Of a DNA stretch of 64,000 nucleotides, positions 12,983 to 25,420 are shown one piece after another. The notes beneath the pieces are model-generated. The model was not told the DNA's origin and made no database searches. It worked only from the letters and a program-made list of their open reading frames with translations. The stretch's first letter is position 1. Each line of letters begins with the position of its first letter. The translations under genes and the position numbers were made by a program. Location of the stretch: contig NC_059439.1 of assembly GCF_021028975.2 (NCBI RefSeq), forward strand, positions 35,278,001 to 35,342,000. Direction: 5' to 3'. Source of the DNA: Sphaerodactylus townsendi. Its lineage: Eukaryota.

Positions 12983-15304
12983 ATCTAACTGATACACACT
13001 GTCTAATATTTAGGCATGGTAGGATACCTATTGCTGTCTTATTTTGCTTTTAACTTGCTAAACAGATCTATTTATATTGCAATTTTATATTAGATTGTAT
13101 TTTTACATTGATGTGTAGGGATATTTACTGTCATTTGCTCTGGCTATTTCTTTAAAAAAAATTTGAAGTGATCTGAATCCCTTGAAGTCAACCATCAAGT
13201 TATGTGGACTATTTTCTTGCTATTGAACTATATTTGAGACAGCAGAATGTGTCTGTGTAAATCTTGATCTATCTATGCCTATTAAAGGTTAATAAAGAAA
13301 AATAATGTAACACCTTTTACCACATTTCATCTTTTAAAAAGAAAATAAATGTTTTGGTAGAACCTCAAAGTAGGAACTGCAGGGAACTAACCTAGTAAGC
13401 CATGTGGTGTAATGTTTAAGGGTGATGAACTCCGTTCTGCAGAACTGGGTTTGATTCCCCACTCCTCCACCTGAGTGGCAGACTATAATCTGGTGAGCTG
13501 GATTTATTTATCTGATCCTCCACGTGAAGCCTGCTGGGTGACCTTGGGCTGGTCACAGTTCTTTCAGAACTCTCTCAACCCCACCTACCTCACAAGAAGG
13601 TGCCTGTTGTAGGGAGAGGAAGGGAAGGAGTTTGAAAGCCACTCTGAGACTTTTAACAGTAGAAAAAAATGGGGTATGAATCCAAACTCTTCTCCTAAAA
13701 TGTTGTAGACTAAAAGAACCACCATAAACAGATATACCCTGAATCCTATTCAGGTGTATTCAATAGAGCTTACTCTAGGGAGCTAGTTTTCGAATTATGC
13801 TATGGGTATGCTTATTTCTGGGATCATGCTTTTCCTTCGAGCTATTTTCCAATAAACACATAGGGATTACCATGTCTACAGTAGAGCTATTCTCCTTTAA
13901 AACTGGTTATGGATTGGCTTGATACTTAAATATTCCTTTCACTCCCAAGAATAATCCTCCCTAGGAAGTCTGCAGCATACTCAGCTGTCTCCAACTCCAT
14001 ACTCAGCTGTCTCCAACTTTGTCTGTTTTCAGCTGTCTCCAACTTTGTCTGTTTTCAGCTGTCATCCTCAGAATTACTCCCTGTCACTCAAGGAGCTCTG
14101 TGACCGGGACAACTCCTAAGAATGAAACTGTCAATCATAGACTGCTTTGGATGGTAGACCATATGAAGCCCCTGCCCTTTCAAACCTGACCTTTCCCAGG
14201 CTCCAGCCCCAAATCTCCACGAATTTTCCAATCTGGAGTTGGCAACCTTACACCTCAGTCTGACTCCAGGCATACTTATTTTGGCCTTTGCAACTGAGGC
14301 TTAGGAAAGCACAGTAAAACAAATGGAAAAAATTGTCCAAGTAATGAATCTTCAAGAACTAGGATTTCTGTGCAGACTTGACACTCCTAATTTCAGTAAA
14401 TAAAGCACCATATGAGTGAGTACACGCACACACCAGTATAGAAATAAATGGAAATATTATTTTGCATGCTATTTTTTTTTAATATTCCAGTGACAAATGA
14501 AACCCCAGTAATTGTTTGTCAATGTTAATAGACTCTCTAGGGAACATAACCCCCTCCCATCCTCTTGGGCCACTAATCATGTATAAAATGAATTTGTGAC
14601 AAAGAATATCAACATCTATCCAGATCATGAGAACTCAACACAATTGAAAAGCTTTATAAACCCTCCAGCTATTTCATAGTGATCATTTAGAACAGGGGTT
14701 TTGAAGACTGTTTGCACCCACAAACAAATTTCTCTCATGGCATCTTCTGAACCTTCTACACAGTTGCAAAGATAAAGATGGATATTGTAAGTCAGATACA
14801 ATTTTTAACTTACATCTATCTTAGCAATGTGAACGTGTATCTGTTATATCAAATGCATTAGTCTTTTCTGAGTTTTAAGCATCACAAACAGGATTTTATT
14901 ATTGTTTTTATTATTACCAACTACCCCAGTATAACACGTTATATATACACTATTTTTAATGTATTTCATCATGTACTACCTATATAAGTATTTACAAGAA
15001 ACAGGCAAAATTTGTAAATTCAAGCCCCATGGGTGATATGATTTTAGGATGAAAATCCATTTGGTTTCCAGCTGCAACAAACATTGTCTAGCCTTTGTTC
15101 TATCAAATTTGCGGTGCTTGTATTTTTGCAGTACACAAAACTGGATGCCATTCTCCGTATGCCGACTGGCAATTCCACTCAAAATACCAAGGTCAACCTG
15201 AAATAAAGTTATGCTGCTCTTTGATATGTGATCACGTTCTGCGCTCAGAATATACAACCCAATGGAGAATCATCTTCCTCAGCAACAAGTCTTGACTTGT
15301 TGCA

Positions 15305-16117
15305 AAAGCATTTTATTGTCATTGTGCACGCACAACGAAATTTACAGCAGCATTCCTTGATGCACACAATTTCAGACTTATACCCCATCCTCACTTTCCC
15401 CTTCCTCCACCCATCCCTACACAGCCCCAAACACATCAACATGAAGCTGCGGAGTTTAGCATAGTCACAGCTCTAGAGTAGAAGTTGTCTCTAAGCCTCT
15501 TTGTCCTAGTTTTGATAGACCTGTATCATCTGCTGGATGGTAACAGTTCAAAAAGAGAGTGTGCTGGATGAGATGGGTCTGTCAGAATATTTTGGGCTTT
15601 TTTTAGGCTTCGGGAATTATAGAGTTCTTCTAAGGAGGGGAGAGGACAGCCGATAATCCTCTGTGCAGTAGTGATCACCCTTTGGAGCGCCTTCCTATCT
15701 GCCACTGTGCAACTGGAGAACCATACACAGATGCAGTAGGTTAAGACACTCTCTATAGCACAGCGGTAAAAGGACACCAGGAGTTTTCCATTCAGTTGTT
15801 GTTTCCTTAGAAGTCTCAGATAGTACAGTCTTTGCTGGGCCTTCTTAACCACCGGGGCAGTCTGTACGCCCCAGGTCAGGTCCTTTTTAATCATGATGCC
15901 CAGAAATTTAAAACTAGCCACCCGCTCTTTTTGATCTCCATTTATAGTCAAGGGCAGAATTTCTGAGCTATTCCTTCTATAGTCCACTATAAGCTCCTTT
16001 GTCTTGTTAGTATTAAGAACCAGGTTATTTTCCCTGCACCATGAGAGCAGTCGGTCCACCTCACTCCGATAGGCAGACTCATCCCCTCCAGAGATGAGCC
16101 CCACCACCGTTGTGTCA
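15305..16117 (-). mobile_element. Rex1/Babar-type LINE 3' fragment with partial reverse transcriptase
   Basis: ORF 15526-16107 VGLISGGDESAYRSEV...WC..NNLVLN..KTKELIVDYRR...FKFLG. A second copy lies at about 52008-52403. Confidence 0.85.
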
Positions 16118-16734
16118 CCGGGAAACTGAGATGGAAGAAATCTCTATTCACTGGATGCTGGGAGCTGATCATTTCCTGGGAATGGAATCTCAGATGTTGG
16201 TTGTTTCCAGTGTTCATTGGCCCGTTTTGATTTGGAAATATGTTTGCTGCCTATAAAATATGTCTCTGCATCATCTTCTTCCCTTCTTATTTTTTATTCA
16301 ACACAGAGCATCTGAAGGTATAGTTGAAGGCAAAGATGCCAAACTACACTCCTTTCCTGGCATCTACTCATTGGAGCTGTAAGTTTCAAGTCAAAATTGT
16401 TTTACTAGCCCAGACCTGAGCTACCGTGCAAGTGATTGCCATACTGTTTTCTGTTCTATTTACCTGTTTTTGCTGCTGTTGAATTGCAGTATTTTGAAAA
16501 TGTGGATTGTGTTCTCTCTTATTGCATATCATAACTGTGTCATTCTTCACAAGACCCTCTTCTTAGAAGGCAAGATATAAAAGTAAACATCATCATATTT
16601 ATGTGTGATGGCCAGCACTGGGCTGAAATTAAGATGACTGCAAAAAACTGAGGCAGGTTTATATTAATCGAGAAGTTTACAGTGCAGTCCTAAGGATATA
16701 TTCTTGTAAGTAAACCCCATTAAGGAGATTTGAG

Positions 16735-17843
16735 TAGGATCAAAGCTCTCTTTGATCTGAGATTGCAAATGCCTTAACAGTCCAGGTGCTTGGGAGCAAC
16801 AGCCGCAGAAGGCCATTCCGTTCACATCCTACATGTGAGCTCCCAAGGGCACCTGGTGGGCCACTGCGAGTAGCAGAGAGCTGGACTAGATGGACTCTGG
16901 TCTGATCCAGCAGGCTCTTTCTTATGTTCTTAAGGCCATTGCTTTCACCTCCTAGATGGTCTCTGGTCTGATATGTTCTTAAGGCCCTTGCTTTCACATC
17001 CTGCAGGTGAGCTCCCAAAGGCACCTGGTGGGCCACTGCGAGTGGCAGAGAGCTGGACTAGATGGACTCTGGTCTGATCCAGCAGGCTCATTCTTATGTT
17101 CTTAAGGCCATTGCTTTCACATCCTGCAGGTGAGCTCCCAAAGGCACCTGGTGGGCCACTGTGAGTAGCAGAGAGCTGGACTAGATGGACTCTGGTCTGA
17201 TCCAGCAGGCTAGTTCTTATGTTCTTAAGGCCCTTGCTTTCACATCCTGCATGTGAGCTCCCAAAGGCACCTGGTGGGCCACTGTGAATAGCAGAGAGCT
17301 GGACTAGATGGACTCTGGTCTGATCCAGCAGGCTAGTTCTTATGTTCTTAAGGCCATTGCTTTCACCTCCTGCATGTGAGCTCCCAAAGGCACCTGGTGG
17401 GCCACTGCGAGCAGCAGAGAGCTGGACTAGATGGACTCTGGTCTGATCCAGCAGGCTAGTTCTTATGTTCTTAAGGCCATTGCTTTCACCTCCTGCATGT
17501 GAGCTCCCAAAGGCACCTGGTGGGCCACTGCGAGTAGCAGAGAGCTGGACTAGATGGACTCTGGTCTGATCCAGCAGGCTCTTTCTTATGTTCTTAAGGC
17601 CATTACTTTCACATCCTGCAGGTGAGCTCCCAAAGGCCCCTGGTGGGCCACTGCGAGTAGCAGAGAGCTGGACTAGATGGACTCTGGTCTGATCCAGCAG
17701 GCTCTTTCTTATGTTCTTAAGGCCATTGCTTTCACATCCTGCAGGTGAGCTCCCAAAGGCACCTGGTGGGCCACTGCAAGTAGCAGAGAGCTGGACTAGA
17801 TGGACTCTGGTCTGATCCAGCTGGCTTGTTCTTATGTTCTTAT
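16735..17843 (+). repeat. Tandem array of CR1 3'-UTR ends (eight 123-bp units plus one 49-bp unit)
   Basis: Units start at 16809, 16932 (short), 16981, 17104, 17227, 17350, 17473, 17596 and 17719. Confidence 0.92.
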
Positions 17844-18051
17844 GATGCTCACCATTGCTATTACTACTTGTACTTATGTCTTCCATCTTTCCAAAAATAT
17901 CAGACCGCAATTGATATGAATATTTATAACATTTATAAAACACTACCATTCATCCCTAGCATAACAAAAAGTGGCCAAGAAACTGAGAAACCCATAAAAC
18001 AGGGATATTTTTTTAACAGCTATCAGAGTAGGAATAGGAATACATTATTCA

Positions 18052-18192
18052 GGCTCATTCCGCACATTCAGAATAATGCACTTTCAAACTGCTTTCAGTG
18101 CTCTTTGAAGCTGTGTGGAATGGCAAAATCCACTTGCAAACAGTTGTGAAAGTGGTTTGAAAATGCATTATTTTGTGTGTGCGGAAGGGGCC
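18052..18192 (+). mobile_element. 141-bp Harbinger-like MITE
   Basis: GGCTCATTCCGCACA...TGTGCGGAAGGGGCC; TCA TSD. Confidence 0.85.
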
Positions 18193-18406
18193 TCAGACGC
18201 CTAAATATCTTCAGGATTGTGGCTGTTTTAGTTTAGTTCAAACAGCTCAGTCTACTGTCGAGAAGCTCCTACCAGATCTCCTAGCCATGTACAAGAGTGG
18301 CCTTGAGCTCTCCATTTGATCTTCTCTGAAATCAGTTTCAAATTCCCTGTCCCTGATTAGGTACAAGATCACGAGGTCATAAGATGTGGAAGACATTGAA
18401 AGACAG

Positions 18407-19336
18407 ATGAAAGAGCCTAACCTTACGGCTGAGATCCAATTCACTCTCCTGGGGTTTTCTGGCGTTCCGGAGCTTCAACTTCTCTTTTTCATGCTCTTCC
18501 TGGTCATTTACATGTTGACACTTCTAGGCAATATCCTCATCCTCCTCACCGTCAGTTCCAGCCCTCAGCTCCATTCTCCCATGTACTATTTCCTTTCCGA
18601 GCTGTCCCTCTTGGACATGTTGTATTCCAGCGCCACTGTGCCCAAGATGCTGACAGACTTCCTCACTGGCTCAAAAGTCATTTCCTACAAGGGCTGCGTG
18701 GCTCAGCTCTACGCTTTTCACTTCTTTGGGGGCACCGAGTGTTTCCTGCTAACCATCATGGCCTACGATCGATACGTGGCCATATGCAATCCCCTCCGCT
18801 ATGTCAGGGTCATGAACAAGATGGCTTGTGCCAAGATGGCGGCCGGAACATGTCTTGTGGGCTCACTCCACGCTGCTCTCCAAACGGCGCTTACGTTCCG
18901 CCTGCCTTATTGTGGCCCTTACCAACTAGACCACTATTTCTGCGATGTCCCACCTTTGCTGAAGGTAGCCTGCGCGGAAACTGCTCTCAATGAAACGATT
19001 GTCATGGTGAACATTGGCCTTGTGGCCTTGAGCAGTTTCACGCTGATCCTGGGTTCCTATATCCGCATCGTCAACGCTGTTCTCAAGATGCGCTCTGAGG
19101 AAGGGAAGAAGAAGGCCTTCTCCACTTGTGCTTCTCATCTCGCTGTGGTTGTCCTCCTGTACGGCCCTTGTATACTCATTTACATGCAGCCGACCACCAG
19201 TCACCCAATACTGAAAGGCGTGTCTGTTTTTTATACATCTGTGACGCCTGCCCTCAACCCTGTCATCTATGCCTTGAGGAACGAAGAGATCAAGAAGGCC
19301 ATGAGGAGACTTCTATTCAACAAGATCTTCTCCTGA
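18407..19336 (+). CDS. Olfactory receptor, family 10 (OR10D-like), 309 aa
   Basis: ATG at 18407 (MKEPNLT). LHSPMYYFL, MAYDRYVAICNPLRY, LPYCGP, KAFSTCASHL, PALNPVIYALRN. Subfamily call is tentative. Confidence 0.95.
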   Translation: MKEPNLTAEIQFTLLGFSGVPELQLLFFMLFLVIYMLTLLGNILILLTVSSSPQLHSPMYYFLSELSLLDMLYSSATVPKMLTDFLTGSKVISYKGCVAQLYAFHFFGGTECFLLTIMAYDRYVAICNPLRYVRVMNKMACAKMAAGTCLVGSLHAALQTALTFRLPYCGPYQLDHYFCDVPPLLKVACAETALNETIVMVNIGLVALSSFTLILGSYIRIVNAVLKMRSEEGKKKAFSTCASHLAVVVLLYGPCILIYMQPTTSHPILKGVSVFYTSVTPALNPVIYALRNEEIKKAMRRLLFNKIFS

Positions 19337-19490
19337 AGGATGGTAGTGTGGAGACTTTGGTAGAAACCCCCACTTGAAATTTGAATGCAGATCCAAACCT
19401 ATTTGTTGTGAAACTGTGTCCTCTTCATCGGAGTTTCTCCCTCCCCACCACAGTGAGCACACAGCAGACACACCCGGTTGCAGAACTCTT

Positions 19491-20049
19491 GGCAATCCCC
19501 ACTACCAGGCGAGCTTGCTTCGCCAGTCTCCCCTGATTGGCTGGCATACCTTGATTGGGCGGGACCTTTTCCCACTGTGGAAACATATATTGTACGGGCG
19601 TGATAAAAAAATGTGTAAAAATTTAACGTTTAACTGTTTAACTGTGCAAACAGTTCATCATAACCTGTGCAAACCATTAACGATTCAAAGTTACACGTTT
19701 GACTGTTTAATGTTTGCATCCCCTTCTGCTGGCCGATCGCAAAAGTGGAAACGAAACCAAGAAAAGGTTGCACGCGCATCGCAGCGCTGATTGGTTGCCC
19801 GAATTCCGCATCACACTCCAGGGCAGGAAACGAGTCAGGGTTTCAACCCTCATCCCTCCCCTTGGATCAGTTCTGAACCGTGTTAATGGGGTCTATGCCA
19901 CTTGCAACCAGGTCCTGCCGGAACGTAGATTAATGGGGAGAATGAGTGGCAGAAATGGAATCTGCCACACAAGCAATGGGGAGGTCATCCCTCAAACCTG
20001 GTTAGTTTGTGTTCTGAAACCTGGCTAAGACGGTAGTGGGGATTTGACC
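19491..20049. mobile_element. MITE with TIR ATCCCCACTACC
   Basis: ggcaatccccactacc ... ggtagtggggatttgacc. Confidence 0.5.
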
Positions 20050-20310
20050 TTTGAGAGACATATCACAAACAGTGTGATTAATTAAAACCCTGCCTTAAAT
20101 TAATTTTAAGTGGTTAAATTGTGTTCCTGAATCTGAGATGGTGCATATTAGTAACCGTATTAGCTTGCATTGCAGCACTGATTTTGTGACGCATACTGAT
20201 TTTCCTTGATTGTTCTGAAAACCATAATATGTCTATGGGTTGGGAAGCAGCACTAGCGATTACTGATGTACGTAAGGTCGAAGTAGTGGTAGGCAAGTTA
20301 TTTCGATTTC

Positions 20311-20580
20311 AGCAGCAGTGGCGTAGGAGGTTAAGAGCTCATGCATCTAATCTGGAGGAACTGGGTTTGATTCCCAGCTCCGCAGCCTGAGCTGTGGAGG
20401 CTTATCTGTGGAATTCAGATTAGCCTGTATACTCCAACACACGCCAGCTGGGTGACCTTGGGCTAGTCACAGCTTCTTGGAGCTCTCTCAGCCCCACCCA
20501 CCTCACAGGGTGTTTGTTGTAAGGGGGGAAGGGCAAGGAGATTGTAAGCCCCTTTGAGTCTCCTGCAGGAGAGAAAGGGG
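20311..20580 (+). mobile_element. tRNA-derived SINE (Squam3-like)
   Basis: Family match; tail runs into an N gap. Confidence 0.85.
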
Positions 20581-21065
20581 NNNNNNNNNNNNNNNNNNNN
20601 NNNNNNNNNNNNNNNNNNNNNNNNNNNNNNNNNNNNNNNNNNNNNNNNNNNNNNNNNNNNNNNNNNNNNNNNNNNNNNNNNNNNNNNNNNNNNNNNNNNN
20701 NNNNNNNNNNNNNNNNNNNNNNNNNNNNNNNNNNNNNNNNNNNNNNNNNNNNNNNNNNNNNNNNNNNNNNNNNNNNNNNNNNNNNNNNNNNNNNNNNNNN
20801 NNNNNNNNNNNNNNNNNNNNNNNNNNNNNNNNNNNNATGTATTGTTAATCAAATTATTTTTAAAATAATTTTAAATGTATTTCTATGTATTCAAATGTTT
20901 TAGGGCTTTGAACGTGTATCGCCTTGTGGATCCCAGTTGAATTGAAAAGCAGCATGAACATGTTCTAAAACAAGCAAACAAATAAAAGAAGTATCTTCGT
21001 GTCTCCATGGGATTGGAGAAGCCACAGCTGAGCACGGTTCTTTTCATCACTGCGGTCCAAACAGT

Positions 21066-21206
21066 GGCTCATTCCGCACATGCAGAAAAATGCACTTTCA
21101 AACTGCTTTCAGTGCTCTTTGAAGCTATGCGGAATAGCAAAATCCACTTGCAAACAGTTGTGAAAGTGGTTTGAAAACGCATTATTTTGCGTGTGCGGAA
21201 GGGGCC
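21066..21206 (+). mobile_element. 141-bp Harbinger-like MITE
   Basis: TIRs; AGT TSD. Confidence 0.85.
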
Positions 21207-21468
21207 AGTGTGTGTTAAACATTGTGGTATAATGGTTATAGTGTAGAAGTGGGCCTTAGGAGGCCTCGCTTCAAATCCCCACATGGTCGGAACTCACCTG
21301 GAATTCTGTTTCCAGTTCTGGGCACCGCAATTCAAGAAAGTTATTTTTTTTATAATTAATTTTTACTGATTAAAATAAAACTGTATAGAGATACACAATC
21401 TAATTTGCTGCAAGATACAAATACAGGAGAATCTTGTTACTTATTTCATAAAATAAAATTATATAATA

Positions 21469-22844
21469 CTAGCGGGGCCCGGCCACGCGTTGCTGTGGCA
21501 ATTATCCTTCTCATCACAGTCTGCAACCCACACAGATGTCCATACAGGTCCAATGATCCCCAGCATAGTCTTTTGGGAGCAGCAGTGGCATAGTGGTTAA
21601 GAGCAGGTGCACTCTGATCTGGAGGAATTGGGTTTGATTTCCAGCTCTGCAGCTTGAGTTGTGGAGGCTTATCTGGGGGATTCAGATTAACCTGTGCACT
21701 CCCACACACACCAGCTGGGTGACCTTGGGATAGTCACAGATTTTCGGAGCTCTCTCAGCCCCACCCACCTCACAGGGTGTTTGTTGTGAGGGGGGAAGGG
21801 CAAAGAGGTTGTAAGCCCCTTTGAGTCTCCTACAGGAGAGAAAGGGGGGATATAAATCCAAACTCCTCCTCCTTTTCCTCCTCCTCCTCCTCCTCCTCCT
21901 CCTCTTCTTCTTTTGGGGTGGTCAAATGGAATCCCTCTTTCCCTTTTCAATTCACATTATTATATGGTGCTGTCTTGGTTTTTAGTATAAGGTAACCCTT
22001 TCCATTTCACAGCGGAACTGTCCAGAGTGCGAATCCCGCTGTCCATGAGGCTGGTTGACACGCACAGTCCTGGCGTGGGTAAGGCAGAACTGGGGCAAGG
22101 AGGCTATCCCAGTCAGGCAGCAGAGGCAGGGCGGTGAGGCGCTCGGATCGAGGCCAGCTCCCTGGGTTCTTAAAGGGCCACGTGCAAAAGAAGCGGAGCC
22201 AGTAGTGTTGGTTCTCCCCCACCCCGCAGATTTTCTTAGAAGAAAAAGGCAAACTTCAGCTTGATTTTAGTAAAAGAGAGCTGTGGCGAATATGGGTGAG
22301 GAAGTGAGTAAGTGGTGGTTGGATGTGAGGGAGGGCAGAATGAGGTGTGTGAGGATGAGCTGGATGTGGATGAGAGTATGTGCGTTGTGTGGTAGTAGTG
22401 GGTGAGGCACAGAGAGTGAAAGTTACCTGCGCGTGTGTGTGTGGGAGAACCCCACCTGATGTCTCACACGGCAAAGTGTGTATGTGTTTCACTTCCACTC
22501 GTATTACCTACCAGTATTACCTATTTACTGTTTCCACTGCTCATCTCTGCCCATCTGCATGAACTTTCTAAGCCCTCATCCCAAGCCCTCAGGCCACAGA
22601 CAGACAGGCTGCACAAACATTCTAAGGGTGACAGTTAAACACAGCCAGCTTCATGGCCTGGTGCGCCAGGAAAAAGATGTTTTACCTGGCTCAGGTATGG
22701 ACTTTCAGCAATTTGAAGGTCTGATTACCTGCCTGCAACAGGGAGGGACGTCATGTGAACATTTGGGGGCGATCCGTCCAGCCGTTTCGGCGTTAGGGAG
22801 TCACCAACAAACGGATGGTTAGCTTTTTATATATACATAGAAGA
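21469..22844 (-). mobile_element. Non-autonomous Helitron with a nested SINE (about 21576-21912)
   Basis: Minus strand begins A|TC...TATATAAAAAG and ends with hairpin GCCAC..GTGGC followed by CTAG|T. Confidence 0.6.
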
Positions 22845-23466
22845 TTGCATATCCAAAGAAGAAAAGGGAAAGAAAGGAAAAAGGAGAAAGGAAAAAATGG
22901 AGAAAGAGAAAAAGGAGAAAGAAAAAAAGAAAGTTATTGACAATCTGGAACAGGCAGAGGCGTATCTAGGGAAAATGTAGCCTGGTGCAAAATCTGAGGG
23001 GGCCCCCAATATGGGCAGCTACCACCCCCCACACAACCAAACAAGTCATTTGTCTTGAAGTGAGTTTGTGGGGGGTGATTTTCTGCCCCCCCATGACTAA
23101 ATGGCTGCAGCCCAGAGACATTTGACCTTATATGGCCCCCTGGGCGGTACGCCCCTGGGAATAGGTCCGGAGGAGTGGAACCTGGAAAGGGTGGGGTTCA
23201 GGGAGGGGCTGCAACGGGTTCAATCCTTATGTCTGAGGCTGTGAATTTTGATTTGCAAAACCTTATCGCAGAAGGGCCAAACCTGCCTGAACACCCCAAT
23301 CCGAACTGTGTCCTTGTACGCCTGTTGTTACCATTTCAAGAAATCCAGTGAAGAGGAGTCATTCACAGGTTTCCCAGCATCCTCCCTGGTGCGTCCCTTG
23401 TCAACCATTCCCTCATCTTTATCTTTGAGTCTCCTACAGGAGAGAAAGGGGGGATATAAATCCAAA

Positions 23467-23556
23467 CTCCTCCTCCTCCTCCTCCTCCTCCTCCTCCTCC
23501 TCCTCCTCCTCCTCCTCCTCCTCCTCCTCCTCCATCTCCTCCTCCTCCTCCTCCTT
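23467..23556. repeat. (CCT)n microsatellite at a SINE tail
   Basis: Seen directly. Confidence 0.9.
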
Positions 23557-24275
23557 CATCATCATCTAAGGAGATAAATTACTTGTGCTTCAACCTCTCC
23601 CCTCCCCTTTCAAAACAACTCTCATTAGAATTTATAAACAGGAGACACCATTAGTTATTTTTAGGTGAAACAAACAAAACCTCCCCACCTGTGGGCGATC
23701 TTGAGGGAAAGGCGTTCATGGAACGGCTTATGATGGAAGCAGGTCTGGATCACATAAATACTCTTCTTCAGTCATCTAGGAGAGTTGATAGGACGCTGGA
23801 GTATCTGGCAGAAATACACCATACAAATAAAGGGTTATGATTCTCAAAGCTTCTGGAAGGATTTTCTTTGCCTTCTCATTGGAGACTGTTGTACATTAGC
23901 TGGACTTCGCTACCAGCCTCTTTGAGGTTCATTTTATGAGACAAGATGAGAGTGGACTGGTGTTCTTCTGTGAGCTTTTATTGTTTTATGTTTCCGTACA
24001 TTTTTTGCGTTCCCAATTTCTTTTTACCAGTAGATTCTTTTAGGTATATCCTTACAGTTTTCAAACATTTTATCCTCTGCGTTATGTTTTATTTACCTTA
24101 TGCTGGTCTACGTAGGTCTGTGACTGTCCTAAATGTTGATTGATTGAATGTGCATCTTTTTCTTTTAGAAATAATGTGAGGGATTGCACCTGATTTTCCC
24201 TTGAGTTCAACAGTGGATGCTGCATATGAATATCTCCTGCTCTTTGCATTTCGTAGAGTAACTGTTGACATCTTT

Positions 24276-24376
24276 AAGGGGTGGGATTCAAATAATTTAA
24301 CAACTGGTTGTTTGCGAGCACCATTTTAACAACCGGTTCTGCCGAAGTGGTGAGAACCGGCTGAATCCCACCACTG
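24276..24376. mobile_element. About 100-bp hAT-like MITE
   Basis: GGTGGGATTCA...TGAATCCCACCACTG; same family as 31253-31353. Confidence 0.75.
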
Positions 24377-24414
24377 GTACCACCCTATCCTTGATGCAGG
24401 CACATAGCGCATGA

Positions 24415-25368
24415 ATGGAGCATGAAAACCGAACAGAAATTTACCAGTTCATCATAGTGGGATTCCCATACCCCCTGGAGCTGGGAGTCCCCTTGTTCAT
24501 CTTCTTTTCGCTCATCTACCTTCTGACAGTCTTGGGAAACCTTCTCATCCTCTTGGCCGTGGGGTCTGAGCCCCGGTTGCACAAGCCCATGTATTGGTTT
24601 CTCTGCCACTTGTCCTTCTTGGACATGACTGTCTCTTCTGTGGTGGTCCCCAAGGTGATTGCTGGATTCATAAAGGGAGGTGGGGTCATCTCCTTTGGCG
24701 GCTGCGTAACCCAGCTGTTCTTCTTCCACTTCCTGGGTTGCACAGAGTGCTTCCTCTACACCGTGATGGCTTACGACCGGTTCCTGGCCATCTGCAAGCC
24801 CCTCCGTTACAGCAGCCTCATGAACCGGAAAACCTGCCTCTGCCTGTCCTTTGGAACGTGGTTTGGTGGCTCGGTGCACTCCATGATCCAGACCACTCTG
24901 ACTTTCCACTTGCCCTACGGCTGCGGAACCCAAGTGGGTTATATCTTTTGTGACATCCCAGCGGTGTTGAAACTGGCTTGCGCCGACACGTCGTTCAACG
25001 ACACGGTGACTTTTGTAGACATTGGCTTCCTGGCCATGACCTGCTTCTTCCTCATCCTCACTTCCTACGTCTACATCATCTCTGCCATCCTGAGGATCCG
25101 AAGCGCTGAGGGCCGACGGCGGACGTTCTCCACTTGCGCCGCCCACATCACTGTGGTCGTGACGTACTATGTCCCGTTGGTGTTCATCTACCTCAGGCCG
25201 GATTCGCAGGACCCCCTAGATGGCGTGGTGGCTGTCTTCTACACCACCGTGACGCCACTTCTGAACCCAGTCATATACACCCTGAGGAACAAAGAGATGA
25301 AGTGTGCTTTAAAGAGGTTGTGGGTGAGAAAGACCTCTGCACCAATAGAATCATTCGCCATTCAGTGA
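24415..25368 (+). CDS. Olfactory receptor, family 10 (OR10G6-like), 317 aa
   Basis: NRT sequon, LHKPMYWFLCHLSFLD, FHFLGCTECFLYTVMAYDRFLAICKPLRY, PLDGVVAVFYT, PLLNPVIYTLRNKE. Confidence 0.97.
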   Translation: MEHENRTEIYQFIIVGFPYPLELGVPLFIFFSLIYLLTVLGNLLILLAVGSEPRLHKPMYWFLCHLSFLDMTVSSVVVPKVIAGFIKGGGVISFGGCVTQLFFFHFLGCTECFLYTVMAYDRFLAICKPLRYSSLMNRKTCLCLSFGTWFGGSVHSMIQTTLTFHLPYGCGTQVGYIFCDIPAVLKLACADTSFNDTVTFVDIGFLAMTCFFLILTSYVYIISAILRIRSAEGRRRTFSTCAAHITVVVTYYVPLVFIYLRPDSQDPLDGVVAVFYTTVTPLLNPVIYTLRNKEMKCALKRLWVRKTSAPIESFAIQ

Positions 25369-25420
25369 AAAGGACTTCCATGTTCATGAACTGTGACTGA
25401 GCATAAAACAGGCATCATAT

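Noticed and set aside
16945-17949. 334-aa ORF with 41-aa repeats
   Set aside because: It is the antisense reading of the 123-bp CR1 3'-end array. The unit length is a multiple of three, so the frame stays open by chance.
20311-20385. tRNA gene
   Set aside because: It is the tRNA-like head of a SINE, continuous with the SINE body; the same holds for all other copies.
23248-23577. Poly-leucine membrane protein ORF
   Set aside because: Translation of the (CCT)n SINE tail.
24385-25146. 253-aa minus-strand ORF
   Set aside because: Antisense shadow of the OR coding sequence.
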